This document shows positions 28,701 through 40,700 of a stretch of 64,000 nt of DNA, one piece after another. The position numbers were made by a program, and so were the translations under genes. Within the stretch, counting starts at the first letter, position 1. Every line of letters starts with the position of its first letter. The notes below the pieces were generated by a model. It was not told the DNA's origin and did not search any database. It was given only the letters and a program-made list of their open reading frames with translations. Source of the DNA: Tubiluchus corallicola (taxonomy: Eukaryota > Animalia > Priapulida); assembly GCA_030141605.1 (NCBI GenBank), contig JAQGDQ010000883.1:20621-84620 (forward strand), read 5' to 3'.

Positions 28701-31700
28701 TTCTTAAGAACTACCTATAAAGCGTAAATTTAAAATTACTACCTCTGAATAGAAATTTTCAGGCGTGGTGGTTGTCGCCATTCACTTGAAGATCGTGACA
28801 TAACCGGGAGACTTCGTGGCTTTCCGTAAATGCTACCTGCTTAGACTAATTCAAACTTCTACAGTTTACCTAATGTTCACGCAAAAATATTGCAAAATAA
28901 AAAACTTATTATGCTTTTAATGAAGATTGACAGTGCGCTACTTTTCTTCAAGGTGAATGACGTCCTTGGAAGGAGAATTGACGTTCAAAATGGGAGCGCC
29001 AAAGCATGAAGTGATCACGGTTCTTAAAGCGATTTTACTAGTTACATGAGGCGCTTATTGTAGTTTTATTACTAAACTCTTCGAACATTTTCCGCGAACT
29101 TTGAAATAAGCCAAACTTACGAGAAGGCTTGGCCTTTCGTTTAAGTGTAACTGTTTTGCGTTTTTTTTACATTTTGGTACATCAGAAGTTGGCATTCAGT
29201 AGCAGATGTTATTTGCAAACGGTCATGGCAGGGCCGTAAATAATTATCAAAACCGCCCCGCTACTGAACTGAGAGAGGTGTCTTAGTCATGTATGAATGT
29301 GAATACATCTCTCTTGTATAAGGTAAGTGGACAGAATCAGCACGTAAATGATATGGCTCAGACTGAGTATCGTAGTGGTCCTCCATCCACTTGCTAACCA
29401 GTCTAGACTTGTGCTATTCTTACGTTCAATCGTCAAGCACTCTGCGTGTGTCTTGTCTGCGGAAGTGTTTTAGAGCTTGCACTTTTGAGATTCTGTAATT
29501 ACCTGGTTAAGTTTTGCTTAGTCGTCATGCAAAGTCGTTGTCGAATAATTTTTTTGTTTTCAGGCAGCTGCAGCGAACAAGCGTCTAAGGGAGGCATTGA
29601 GTAAGAAGAAAGAAACAAAAGAGAAAGAAGAGACGAATGCAGAAAAAGATGTGAAGGGTATCGGGACAAGAATCAGGGTAAACTGACATCTTTTGTCATC
29701 TACTGACGTAGGTTTAGACTAAGGCCCATTTCACAGTAAGGACGCGTAGCAAAATTCCCATTGTACTCCCTTGTGAGGAATTCTGTCGCCAGCTAGAAGC
29801 TATGCGTCCTCCTCGTGAGAAATTTTGCCTCATGGTAGAAATACTGCATGTTATATTTTTGTGAGGAATCCTCGCGGAATTCAGTCGTAAATTTAACTAC
29901 TCAATTACTTCTTTCTTATTTAGCAAACAACAATTAGCACTTTTAGCATAAAATTTCTAAGATTTAATCTCTCTTACAACAGACTGACGATTTTATTGTT
30001 TATTATTGCTGCATCGATGGCTACATTCGTGAAAAAGAAAAATAACGCACGCACATATTTATTTTATAATGTATTTTCAGATTTTGAAGTGGTTAGCAGA
30101 ACTTTACTAAAAATACAAACAGACCTCACATTACATTGACTAACATTATTAACTGTACTTTGTACATGAGAATTACGGCAAGCATAAATTGAAGTATACA
30201 TGCTTATATAGTGTAAAACTCGCAAAATAGCTGCAGCTAACAGCAGTGTGAAATGGGTTTAAGTTGGATTTGCCCATCCAAGTGTTTTAGCATAAGCATT
30301 AGGTGCAAGGGCTTACTCAATGTAGCTGGTTGTTGCAAAACTGGAACGCATCTCATAACCCTCTGACACGAGATATATTGTTTTAGCAGAGATGTCTCTA
30401 TTATGTTCGGATGCTTCAGCCACCATTATGAAATAGTCTATGTCCATTTGTTTATTTCACTTATTTGCTGTATATAGTTACAACTTTTTCAGTAAACATT
30501 TTCACAGTTCCAGCGATTGATGATGATTGTTAAAAAGTCAAAAGCTAAGTGTGCCAGACAACGCTTTACAGCCTAAGCTAATAGTAACTGTTCTAACAGC
30601 TAGCTAGAATCTTACTTAGTTCATTTTTTCTTGTTCCCAAACAAGATCCTGCTAGTAAATCACTCTTATGCACAGACTAATACATTATTAAGTAAAGTCC
30701 GCGTAAAACGACTGATGTTACTGAACTAGTGTGGCAGACGGCTTTACTTTACTTACACGTGACGGTTGTGGTTAAGATGCTTTGCTGTGGTACACTTAAT
30801 TTAACCTTTGACGTACAGCAACTGCACATGCCCTCAACAACACTGTGAGAAAGGCTTATTGTCACGTGTTTTTACGTTGCACAGAATTGGTTGAGTCAAG
30901 AGCTGGAAATTCTCGTGAGTACGAAAGAGGCAAAGCGTCACCTGGACTCGCTCATGGAGGATCGCAGAGAATTGACGGCTCAACGTCGAGAGTTCAAAAA
31001 TAAGCTGGAAAACTTCCGTCCACCCAGTAAGGTAAGATTTGGACGACAATTATCGTTTCTGCTAACGAATTCCGATGAACTTGAGTCACTTTCATTAAAT
31101 CTTGATTTCTTTGCGGCAGAAATTGGCACGTTTGAGCAAGGAAGAAAACGTGATGGAATCACTGGACACCAGCCAGGATAAGCGGGATTTACAGGATCAG
31201 CTGAGTCAACTGGATCACGAGATTGAAACCAGGTTAGTTGCCTCATTGCTGGGTTCATTAATCCAAACAGAAACCTCATCACTTAAAGGACAAGAAAAGG
31301 GGTACCTGAAGTAGGTTTAAGAAAAATCGCCTTAAAAAATTATACAGTGGCCGCTGCTTATTATGGACACGGTTATTGTGGACAACTCGCGAGGGACGGA
31401 ATTTTCCCCTAATAAAATCCGCCGGTTAATATGGACAACCGCCGCTTAATATGGACAGCGAACATTCTTGGCACGTGAACCAGCCGTGCCAACCACGGCC
31501 TGCGCGCGTGATTGAAAAGAGCTTCCCGCTCTGCTGCCTGTGTGAGTCATTGCATCAGTCAGTTCGCCGTTTGCCTTGGCCTTGAGAGCTTCGAAACTGT
31601 GATAACTTCTTTCCGTTCAAGGTTGAGAGAAAAGTTTCCTGCCAAACAAACTCGTCTGACTTCTTTTTTTCAATAAAACAGGAGACGAGTTGATACAGAA

Positions 31701-34700
31701 AGTTTTTTGCCTTTTTTAATGAAGGGGAAGGGTCTTCATGGGTCACTTCGCTTAATATGGACATACACTGCTGGCCCGAGGTGTCCACAATAAGCGGCTG
31801 CCACTGTATTGCTATTTTATGCGTATATCTTACTCGCACTGAAAAGCGACTGTGACCCCAAAACCCCCGGCCTGTTTCAGAGTTTTTTGCAATTTGTCAT
31901 TCTCATTCCTGTATGTTGTCAGTAAGATCAGTAACGTGTTTTTTGGTGAGTCAGTGGTGCACACTGGGATGGCGATACAGTAACATTTTAGCAAGTGAGA
32001 CAAATATTTTACATTATTAAGAATTTTCTTTTCCGGTGATGTAAGTCTTTCAAACAAGTGATATAACTTTATGTGGAAAGTTCTTTGGGATATATTTTAA
32101 AAATGCTTTTTTAAAAACATTTAAAAAAAAGTATTTGTTACGTTGCTTTTTAATCTGTCATGTTAATATAATGAAAGTTTATTAATGCTAAGAGTGTAGA
32201 ACATTTTCCCGTTTTTTTTGTTTATTCGTTTTTCTTCATCGATTGCGTATTTCCTGTAGCTTTTGTTTGTCAGGATGCAGTCGTTTAGATATTTCTATAT
32301 CAGTCTAATCGTAACAACTCGTTGTCAACCAAGAAATAAGGAATTGTTCTCGTTCTTTCATTTATTTATATATTTTCTGCGTATCAGAAATGTTCAGATC
32401 ACCGACCTGCAACAGAAGCTGATGGAGATCGATCATGAAGACAAGCAGAAGCATCGCTGGGACAACCTGAACACGATGGTGGAAGCCAAATGTGCGCTAA
32501 AGTGGCTCTTTCAACAGGTATAAATGCAACTAGCATCATTTCCGTTTGAGCTAACGGTCAAATTTAATGTGCAGACCATGTTTCTTTAATTAAAAGAGCT
32601 AACAGTAATGTAAAATTTGAAAGAGAAGCGGAAGTATTGCTGTGACAACCTAAAACTGTTGATTGATAAAATATGTTTTGCGTTTATTATCAATGGCTTC
32701 ATCTAGTTTCTTTATGCAAAGTCTGCAAACATTAACTTAGGCGTATCATGATGTGTATCGTATCATGGCCTTAGTGTATCGTTACAGCAGGGGTGTGCAA
32801 ATTGCTGGCCACTTGCGGCCCACCGAGAGAACTTTTGCGGCCCGCAAAGAGATTTGTCAACCTAATGAAAGTGCCCGGGCGATTAATTGAGTGTATCCAG
32901 CTGAAGTCCGTGCCACGATCCCAAAGATAGTGTGGGTAGTTTTTTCTACTAGATCGGATGCCATTAACCCTTACAAGACGGTTGTAGCTTAATGTCACTG
33001 TACTACATTGACTGTGTGATACACATTACTAATATGCATTGTAATGAAATTACCACTATCCATCCTGAAAGTAGAAATATATGGTTTGTAATATAAATTT
33101 TAATAACTTCTAAAATAGTTTCTTGAGTGTAATAGTAATGATGTACGCAGGTCGGATGCAAAAAAAATGTTATTAGGTCCTACTGTACTTGGCTCCTTGA
33201 CCAAACTGCTCGTGGCCCACAGGAATTGCGGGAAAGTTTAATGTGGCCCGGCTAGTCAGATAATTTGCACACCCCTGCGTTACAGCTTTATTAAGTCACC
33301 ATTCAACAAGTGTAGTTCTTTTACTGAGCCGGCTAGCAAATTGCATCACATTTTATCTTGCTTAGACACGTTTGAGATGTTTCTCTTGTCGGCTAACTGA
33401 GAATTAAAGCAGGTGAATTAATTAGGCAGTGGATGCGAAGTTGGAGGCTGGTGTTTGCACGGAGAGCAAGGAAGATTTGCAGTTTAATCTGAACGAGACG
33501 ACGAGGAAGTGCGAGTCGCTTCATGAAGAGATGCGTTCACTGAAGAATGAACACGATGAGAAACTTCACGAGCAGCTGAGACAGCATGAAGATAAAGTAA
33601 GAGTGTCTTGCTAGCAAAGTATTGATTTTCTGCAATAATTCAACATCAGTAACCTGCTCAATCTAGTCTGATATCAAAGCGATTGTTTTTCAATGTGAAT
33701 TTTGAATTGTCTGTAACGTGAAGTTCATTTTTTCTGTTTGACCGCTTCAAATCTTTTAATAAGCTGCCGCGAAAAGAGTTCGGTGGCTGCGCCAATGACG
33801 AGATAAAACACAATGTTTCAAGGTGAAGGAAAGAAAATTTTAAAGTACATCCCAAAAAAAATTTCCACCAAAGTTATATTACTTTACATTACGCTTACCT
33901 GTTCAAAAAGCTTAAGTAATTAGACTAGAAAATTCAAATAATTTAAAACGTTTACACCACCTAGTAGAATGGCGGCACATCGCCATCCCAGTGTGCACCA
34001 CTGATTCACCAAAAACACATTATTGATCTTATTGACAAGATAAAGTATTTTATGTTCTCTTCATTTTTTCAAACTTTATGCAATGTTATCTAAGCTTATT
34101 TCAGACGACTTAATGTTAAAATGGCCGTGCTTAACTGTCATCACGGGAGTTTAAATTTCCAAATTTTATACAGACAGCATGTATGCGATGCAAAAATCGA
34201 TGCGAATTTTTCAAGTTTTATTTATGAAGCTACACACGTGTCGTTAATCAATCTCCTAATTGTCTCATAAACGTCTAGTATGGGCTGCTCTTGGCATACA
34301 AGCTACACACGCGTCGTTACACGCTGCTTGGTTGCACCGATGTAATGATATAAACAAAGGGACGTCCTGCCAACTAACAGTCAGCTCGCGAAACAGCCGA
34401 CTGAGTCCGTAATATGCGAAACTTTTAACAGTCCAGATTTTGTCCGATTTTTCCAATATCCATAAAAGTGAGGTCCGGCAAACCAAGATGTGAGTGTAGT
34501 GTGTTTTTGGTGAGTTAGCGGTGCCCACTGGGATGGTGGTGCACACTGAGATGGTGATGGAGAGCCGTTTCACTAGGTGGTGCAAACATTTTAAATTATT
34601 AACAATTTTCATTTTTAATTACCGGGTACATAATCTTTCAAACTGTTAAGCGTAACGCTAAGTTATATAACTTTGTGTGGAAAGCTTTCTGCTCATGCTT

Positions 34701-37700
34701 TAAAATTCCTTTTTCTTCCCGTTTAACATGTTAAATTCATGGCAGATATTTGGTGGATATTGAAGCTAAACCATTATATTTTTCCCGCAACAGATGCTGT
34801 ATTTGCTACGTCAGCTACCGAAAGCCGCCAGCCAAAAATCCGAGACGCCCGAAGTGAAGAATCTTCTGCAGAAGTTGGAGTTTCAGGTAGATTTTGTTTG
34901 GCGCAATAGTATGGGCAGTTTTGTAGATGGACAGTATCGTAACGTTAGTAAACACAACTAACTTTAGTAACTTTGGTATCGTAACGTAAGTACAGCTTTC
35001 GGAAGGAGTTTACTATTCTCTACACAATTTAAATATCTTAACCCTAACCCTAACATTAATCATAGCCTAACGCTAATCATAGCCTAACCCTAACACTAAT
35101 CATAGCCTAACGCTAATCATAGCCTAACCCTAACCCTAACACTAATCATAGCCTAACCCTAACCCTAACACTAATCATAGCCTAACCCTAACCCTAACAC
35201 TAATCATCGCTTCACAAATTCATTTCTTGTGTTTGGGGAATTGTAAATTTTAGCCCTGCTTTCTACATATGTCTAGCGCAGAGCATATGATATTGATACA
35301 ACCATGTGAATGGAACAATGTAATTAATGTAGTTACTGTACGTTGTATAGGTACTACTGATGAGACCTGTGAATCCATAATAATCGATTTGGGTTCTTTT
35401 TCGGTCGTTGATTGAGCAAATCCTAAATGAATGGACGTGAACGTAATATAGACATCTATATGCTAACTTAATGGACGTGATGGACGTTGTTGAAATGAAA
35501 TCAGACGGCAGAACTAGTCAAATTGGTTTGCATGTGATATGGAGTTCATCACGTTTAAACAAACGTCCATCTGGCACTAAACATTAAGCCCTCCCCGTCA
35601 AAAATTCATTTCTTGTGTTTCTTACTCTTTAAAATGCAATTGCAGTATTATAGCAAGAAAGAACGCCATCTGTTTGGTAAGAACGTGTCAAAACATCAAA
35701 TTTGTTAAAACTATACAGTCTAGACTCGTTATCTCACCACTGTCCGTCTAAGCAAATTTTTTTCAAGAGGCGAGTATGGCGAGATAACGGGAATATAACG
35801 AAGTTAGCCTATATGTATATACATAATAGTTGATTAACATAGTGTTCCTCTATGTACATATAAAATATATTTCGCATTATGATACCAATCAACATGTCTG
35901 TCTATCGAGTACAGCAGCATTGTCTACATACCGCTGTTATATTGATCGACACGCGGTATATGTATTGATTGATTCACCTCTGAGTTTGTCTGTTTGGCGA
36001 CATAACGAATATAGTTTACATAAGCACTCATCCTAGCATGACGTGGCGAGGGTGGCGACTTAACGAGGTAAATATCAAAGCAGGAAATCCGTCCTGGTAC
36101 TTTCTCTGGCGAGAGACGAGTTTGGCGGCATAACGAGGGGTGAAATAACGAGGCTAGACTATAGTTATTGCGTTTTATTTTTGCTCAACAGAAATATGTG
36201 ATTTAATTGCAGATATTTTAGAAGTTTAATCACCGACTAGATTAATATTTGTTGATAACCGATGCGATCTTTTAGGCACAAGAAATTGAAGCGCTGAGTA
36301 ATTTACACGAAAAACTTCAGTCGAAAGAGACAGAGATGTCCGACTTGAAGAAACAGCTGACGATCGCCAAGCTGAACAGCACGAAGAAGATGACACTGCT
36401 GCCTCAGATTGTGTCGCCGTCTGGTGGTTCGTCACCATTTGCTCCACCTGCAAAAGCGGTAAGATGAGAGCCCTCTTATTGGAACGACTACTACTCCAAG
36501 GTCGCTTAAATGCCTCATAATCGATAGGCGTTGAACCTTCTGCGAGGTTAATATTCTGAATAGGTGCGGGGTCGCATATCTGGAAACCATTCGAAAGCAG
36601 TTTTCTTGGAGGTCGCTCATCCATTTGTTGACAGGCTTTGCGATGCTTAACTTTGTTTGCTAGCTATACATTATTATTATGGCTGCTTGACTCAATATGT
36701 TGTCGTTGCTGCTTAATTTACGGGTAGTGATATAAGCGTGTGGTCTAATGCTTTGGCGATGATGTAGGGCAAGCTTATATAGCATGAGAGATGTTACCGA
36801 AACTGAATTTACAAACCCAAACAGTTTTATCAGTTTCTCAGTTTGACATTTTTCCTTCAGTTATTAGCTAAAGTAGTTTTTATCATCTTACAATTGTGTA
36901 AATTCAAATTTATAATGTTTTTGTAGTAAATATGTCTTCATTTAGCATATTACACGGTTGCTATGGTTGCTATGGTTACCATCATTAATACAATCACGTT
37001 TAGGTTGCTAAGCCAAAACGAACGATAGCCTATGCTGACGATTCTCTAACGGGGAGCGAGGTTTCGGACACGGACGATCCAGATAATGATCCGGACTGGC
37101 AACAGACTCCGTACATGATCCACGCTCGCCGGATCATCAAGAAGGCAAGAGAGCGGACGGAGCAATCGCTTCAATCCAAGGTAATCCGAAGTGAATTCTG
37201 TAATCTAAAAGTCGTGCACGACGTCAAGCATTTACACCAGACGCGTCTTTTGCAAATATAATTTTATGTCTGTGAAGATTTGAATCAATTCATTGTAAAT
37301 GCCGACTGTGTTGTATATTCTGCGCGGTAGCTATTGTAGCGATTCCATCGAGTACTCAAGTACCCGTGTAATTACCCGCACTGTTTATTACTTGAGCCCT
37401 ATATTTCTACCCGGTTACAGCAACAAAAATGGTTGCAGACATTATTTGTAATACGATATCGATTGTTAGAGAATTAAAACTTTAAATGCCACATTCTGTC
37501 GTTCGCTTTTACAGTAGATACTTACTAGCAAACTACGTGTATTAAGTACTGCGTCGGCAGCTGCCAGGGTAAGAGCCAATCACTGTAGAGAGATCGCAGA
37601 TCAAACCATTTTTGCCGTAGGGTGACTTGCAAAATATTTTTACCGCGAAGTTAATTATCCAAACGAAATTGTTTATTACCGTTTAAAAAGCTATTTCATG

Positions 37701-40700
37701 CCATTAGCAAAGATACAAATTAACAGATTGTTAAGTTTAACGGCACACAAGAAGGGTAATATAGATTATTTTATTTCCCTACCCACCTGTGCCGAATTAA
37801 AAGTGCTCAGTGTCTGTACATAGTAGGCTGATGTAGCCGATTCATTCACGAAGCGTGCAATTATTAAGTAAGTAAGAAGTCTGGCATATAAAAACCTTGT
37901 GTGGGAAAGCAGTAACTTCTGCGACTCGCTGCTCGTGCGTTCAGGCTTTCAGGGTGTAATAACCGAACGCTTATTGTTAATATAGTGACGCAATTAGTCG
38001 TTTTTCTTTGTGAATATAAATCATTACAATTTCTTCACTGCCGCTGAATCTTGACAATCGGGTACCTGGGTACTCGACGGGTATAAGGAACACGGTACCC
38101 TAATCTGATTTGTGCTACCCGTGTAAACACTAGTCTACTGTCTAATGTTGGAGAAAGGAGTCCAGGAATAACTACATGAGGGAAACATCCGTGTCCTTAT
38201 CTTACTGCAGGGATGAGAATGTTCCGTGGATACGCGGAATTCCGAGTTTTTGGAGGATCAGTCGTGCCATTTTTGTAAATCGCGCGAATTTGTTGAGAAA
38301 ATTTTTACGGACCCAGTACATTGTTTCACAAGCTGGCTGCTAGTTGGCAGGCCGTCACTTTATTTACATCACGTACATAACCACGTGTATATCTCTTCGT
38401 ATAAAAATATAGAATCAATTGTGTGGAGTTATTTGAGTCAATTGCAGACAGTTTTTATATACTTTTGCATAGGAGCGGCCAGTACTTGAGACAATTAAGT
38501 ATCATGTATCCTTGATAGTTGGGCATTTTAAATTATGCACGAAACTAGGTAACTGATATTTTAAGTCCAATTAGACGCTCTCTATGGTTACAAAATTGCA
38601 ATTTCAGCCCCATTGAGGGCTTAGGCGACCCCAAGACCCCCGGCCTGTTTCAGAGTTTTTTGCAATTTCTTATTCTCATCCCTGTAGATTGTTTTGACCT
38701 ACAGTGTAATATTGGGTCTTTTTTGTTTAATAAATGGCATGAATGAACAGAAATAAAGATGAGAGAGAAAAAAATGACGATGAGTGCAGAAATTAGAAAA
38801 TTAATAAGAATTATTGATGAGAACGAAATATGCATAATTTTCCTACACATAGTGTATTGTGAAGGTAATTAAAGAAATCATGTTGCGAGTTCATGGTGGT
38901 CAGATGTTAAAGAAGCGCGTAGCTTTTACTTGATATTTGATTCTACGTTCATAGATGTTTTCGACATTTTAGCAGCAGCTGAACACTTCTGCGGGAGGGT
39001 GCAAGTGTAAGGTGAGCAACTGTTCAAATAAGCTGTGCAAGTGTCGCAAATCCGCACAGATGTGCGGTGAAAACTGCGGTTGTGACCAGACCACGTGCGC
39101 GAACAAACCGGGCAAAGAAAATGTGAGTAAATTACCTGTATGGTTGCTGTTATAAATGCTTCACGGCTTGTAAGTGCATTTTTGTGATTGCGTGTTTTTG
39201 ATTTGTTCGTTTTAACTCTTGCACAACCTGCCCCACATTGTGCAATTACAGCAAATCACTTCTTATATGATGCTTGCAGAGCCTACCCCACAATTGTGCA
39301 AGTACGGCGAATCATTTCTGTTATAATGCCTGCAGAAACTACCCCACAATTGTGCAAGTATGGTAAATCACTTCTGTTATGATGCGTGCAGAATCTGTCC
39401 CACAATTTTGCAGGTATGGTGAATCACTTCTGTTATGATGCTTGCAGAATCTGTCCCACAATTGTGCAAGTACGGTGAATCATTTCTGTTCTAATGCTTG
39501 CAGAATCTGTCCCACAATTGTGCAAGTATGATGAATCACTTCTCTTACAATACTTGCAGAATTTGTCCCACAATTGTGCAAGTATGGTGAATCATTTCTG
39601 TTACAATGCTTGCAGAATCTGTCCCACAATTGTGCAAGTATGGTAAATAATTTCTGTGATGATATGTGCAGATCCTGCCCCATAATTGTGCAAGTATGGT
39701 GAATCATTTCTGTTACAATGCTTGCAGAGCCTGCCCCACAATTGTGCAAGTATGGTGAATCATTTCTGTTACAATGCTTGCAGAATCTGTCCCACAATTG
39801 TGCAAGTATGGTGAATCACTTCTCTTATAATGCTAGCAGAATATGTACCACAATTGTGCAGGTATGGTCAATCACTTCTATTATGATGCGTGCAGAGCCT
39901 GCCCCACAATTGTGCAAGTATGGTGAATCACTTCTGTTATAATGCTTGCAGAATCTGTCCCACAATTGTGCAAGTATGGCATTATGATTCAGCGGCAGGT
40001 CCTGCCTAATGTTGTTGCAGTTGGGCTGTCACCTATCCATTATTTAAGTAGATTCTCTATTGGCTAACTTTGGTTGAGATAGCACACAATATGACCCTTC
40101 GGCTATATTCTCGCCCAAGATTCTATTTAAATTTCGGTCCAACCGACATGCTTGTGAAAAACAGTCCGCCTTGGGTCGAACTCTGGTTCTTCTGATGATA
40201 TGAAGTTTGAAAGGGGGCTGCCATCTTTGCACGTCATACTTTGACTCCTTGTAAATATCTTAGCCACTACAGATGGCGTTACTGTTTCATCGTACAGTAC
40301 GGAACAACTTTCACTGGTTGAAGTCTTTGTTTTGTCTAATAACTTTTATTATAATTCCAGTTTGATACCGAAGATCAGAGTACAGTGAATTCGCTACTTA
40401 ACACAACTTTTGAAGTGACCACCACTGACTGTACTGTGAAAGTGTCTCCTTTAAAACCGTCCGTGGAGCCCATGAGGATGGCTACCATGTCACCGATGCG
40501 GAAAGCCAATCATGCTGTATGCCACCTTTAGAATACTTGTATTTCAATTTTATATACACGCTATATGGTTTTCTGATTGTGATACGTAGTTGTTAATGTT
40601 TGAGTTGACAAATTATGCTTTTTCCATGTTCCATGATATAGAAATGGTATTGCAAATAATAAAATCAGCTACTGGAAACTTGCAAAAGTGCCCAACAGGT

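Noticed and set aside
27736-28707. Cys-rich 24-aa repeat protein ([24 protein letters not shown])n
   Set aside because: Translation of the 72-bp MITE array inside an intron; other units have stops and frameshifts
35357-35412. Hammerhead-like CTGATGAGACC...GGTC, plus similar remnants near 16640 and 47480
   Set aside because: Conserved GAAA or CTGATGA core incomplete; at best decayed Penelope-type remnants
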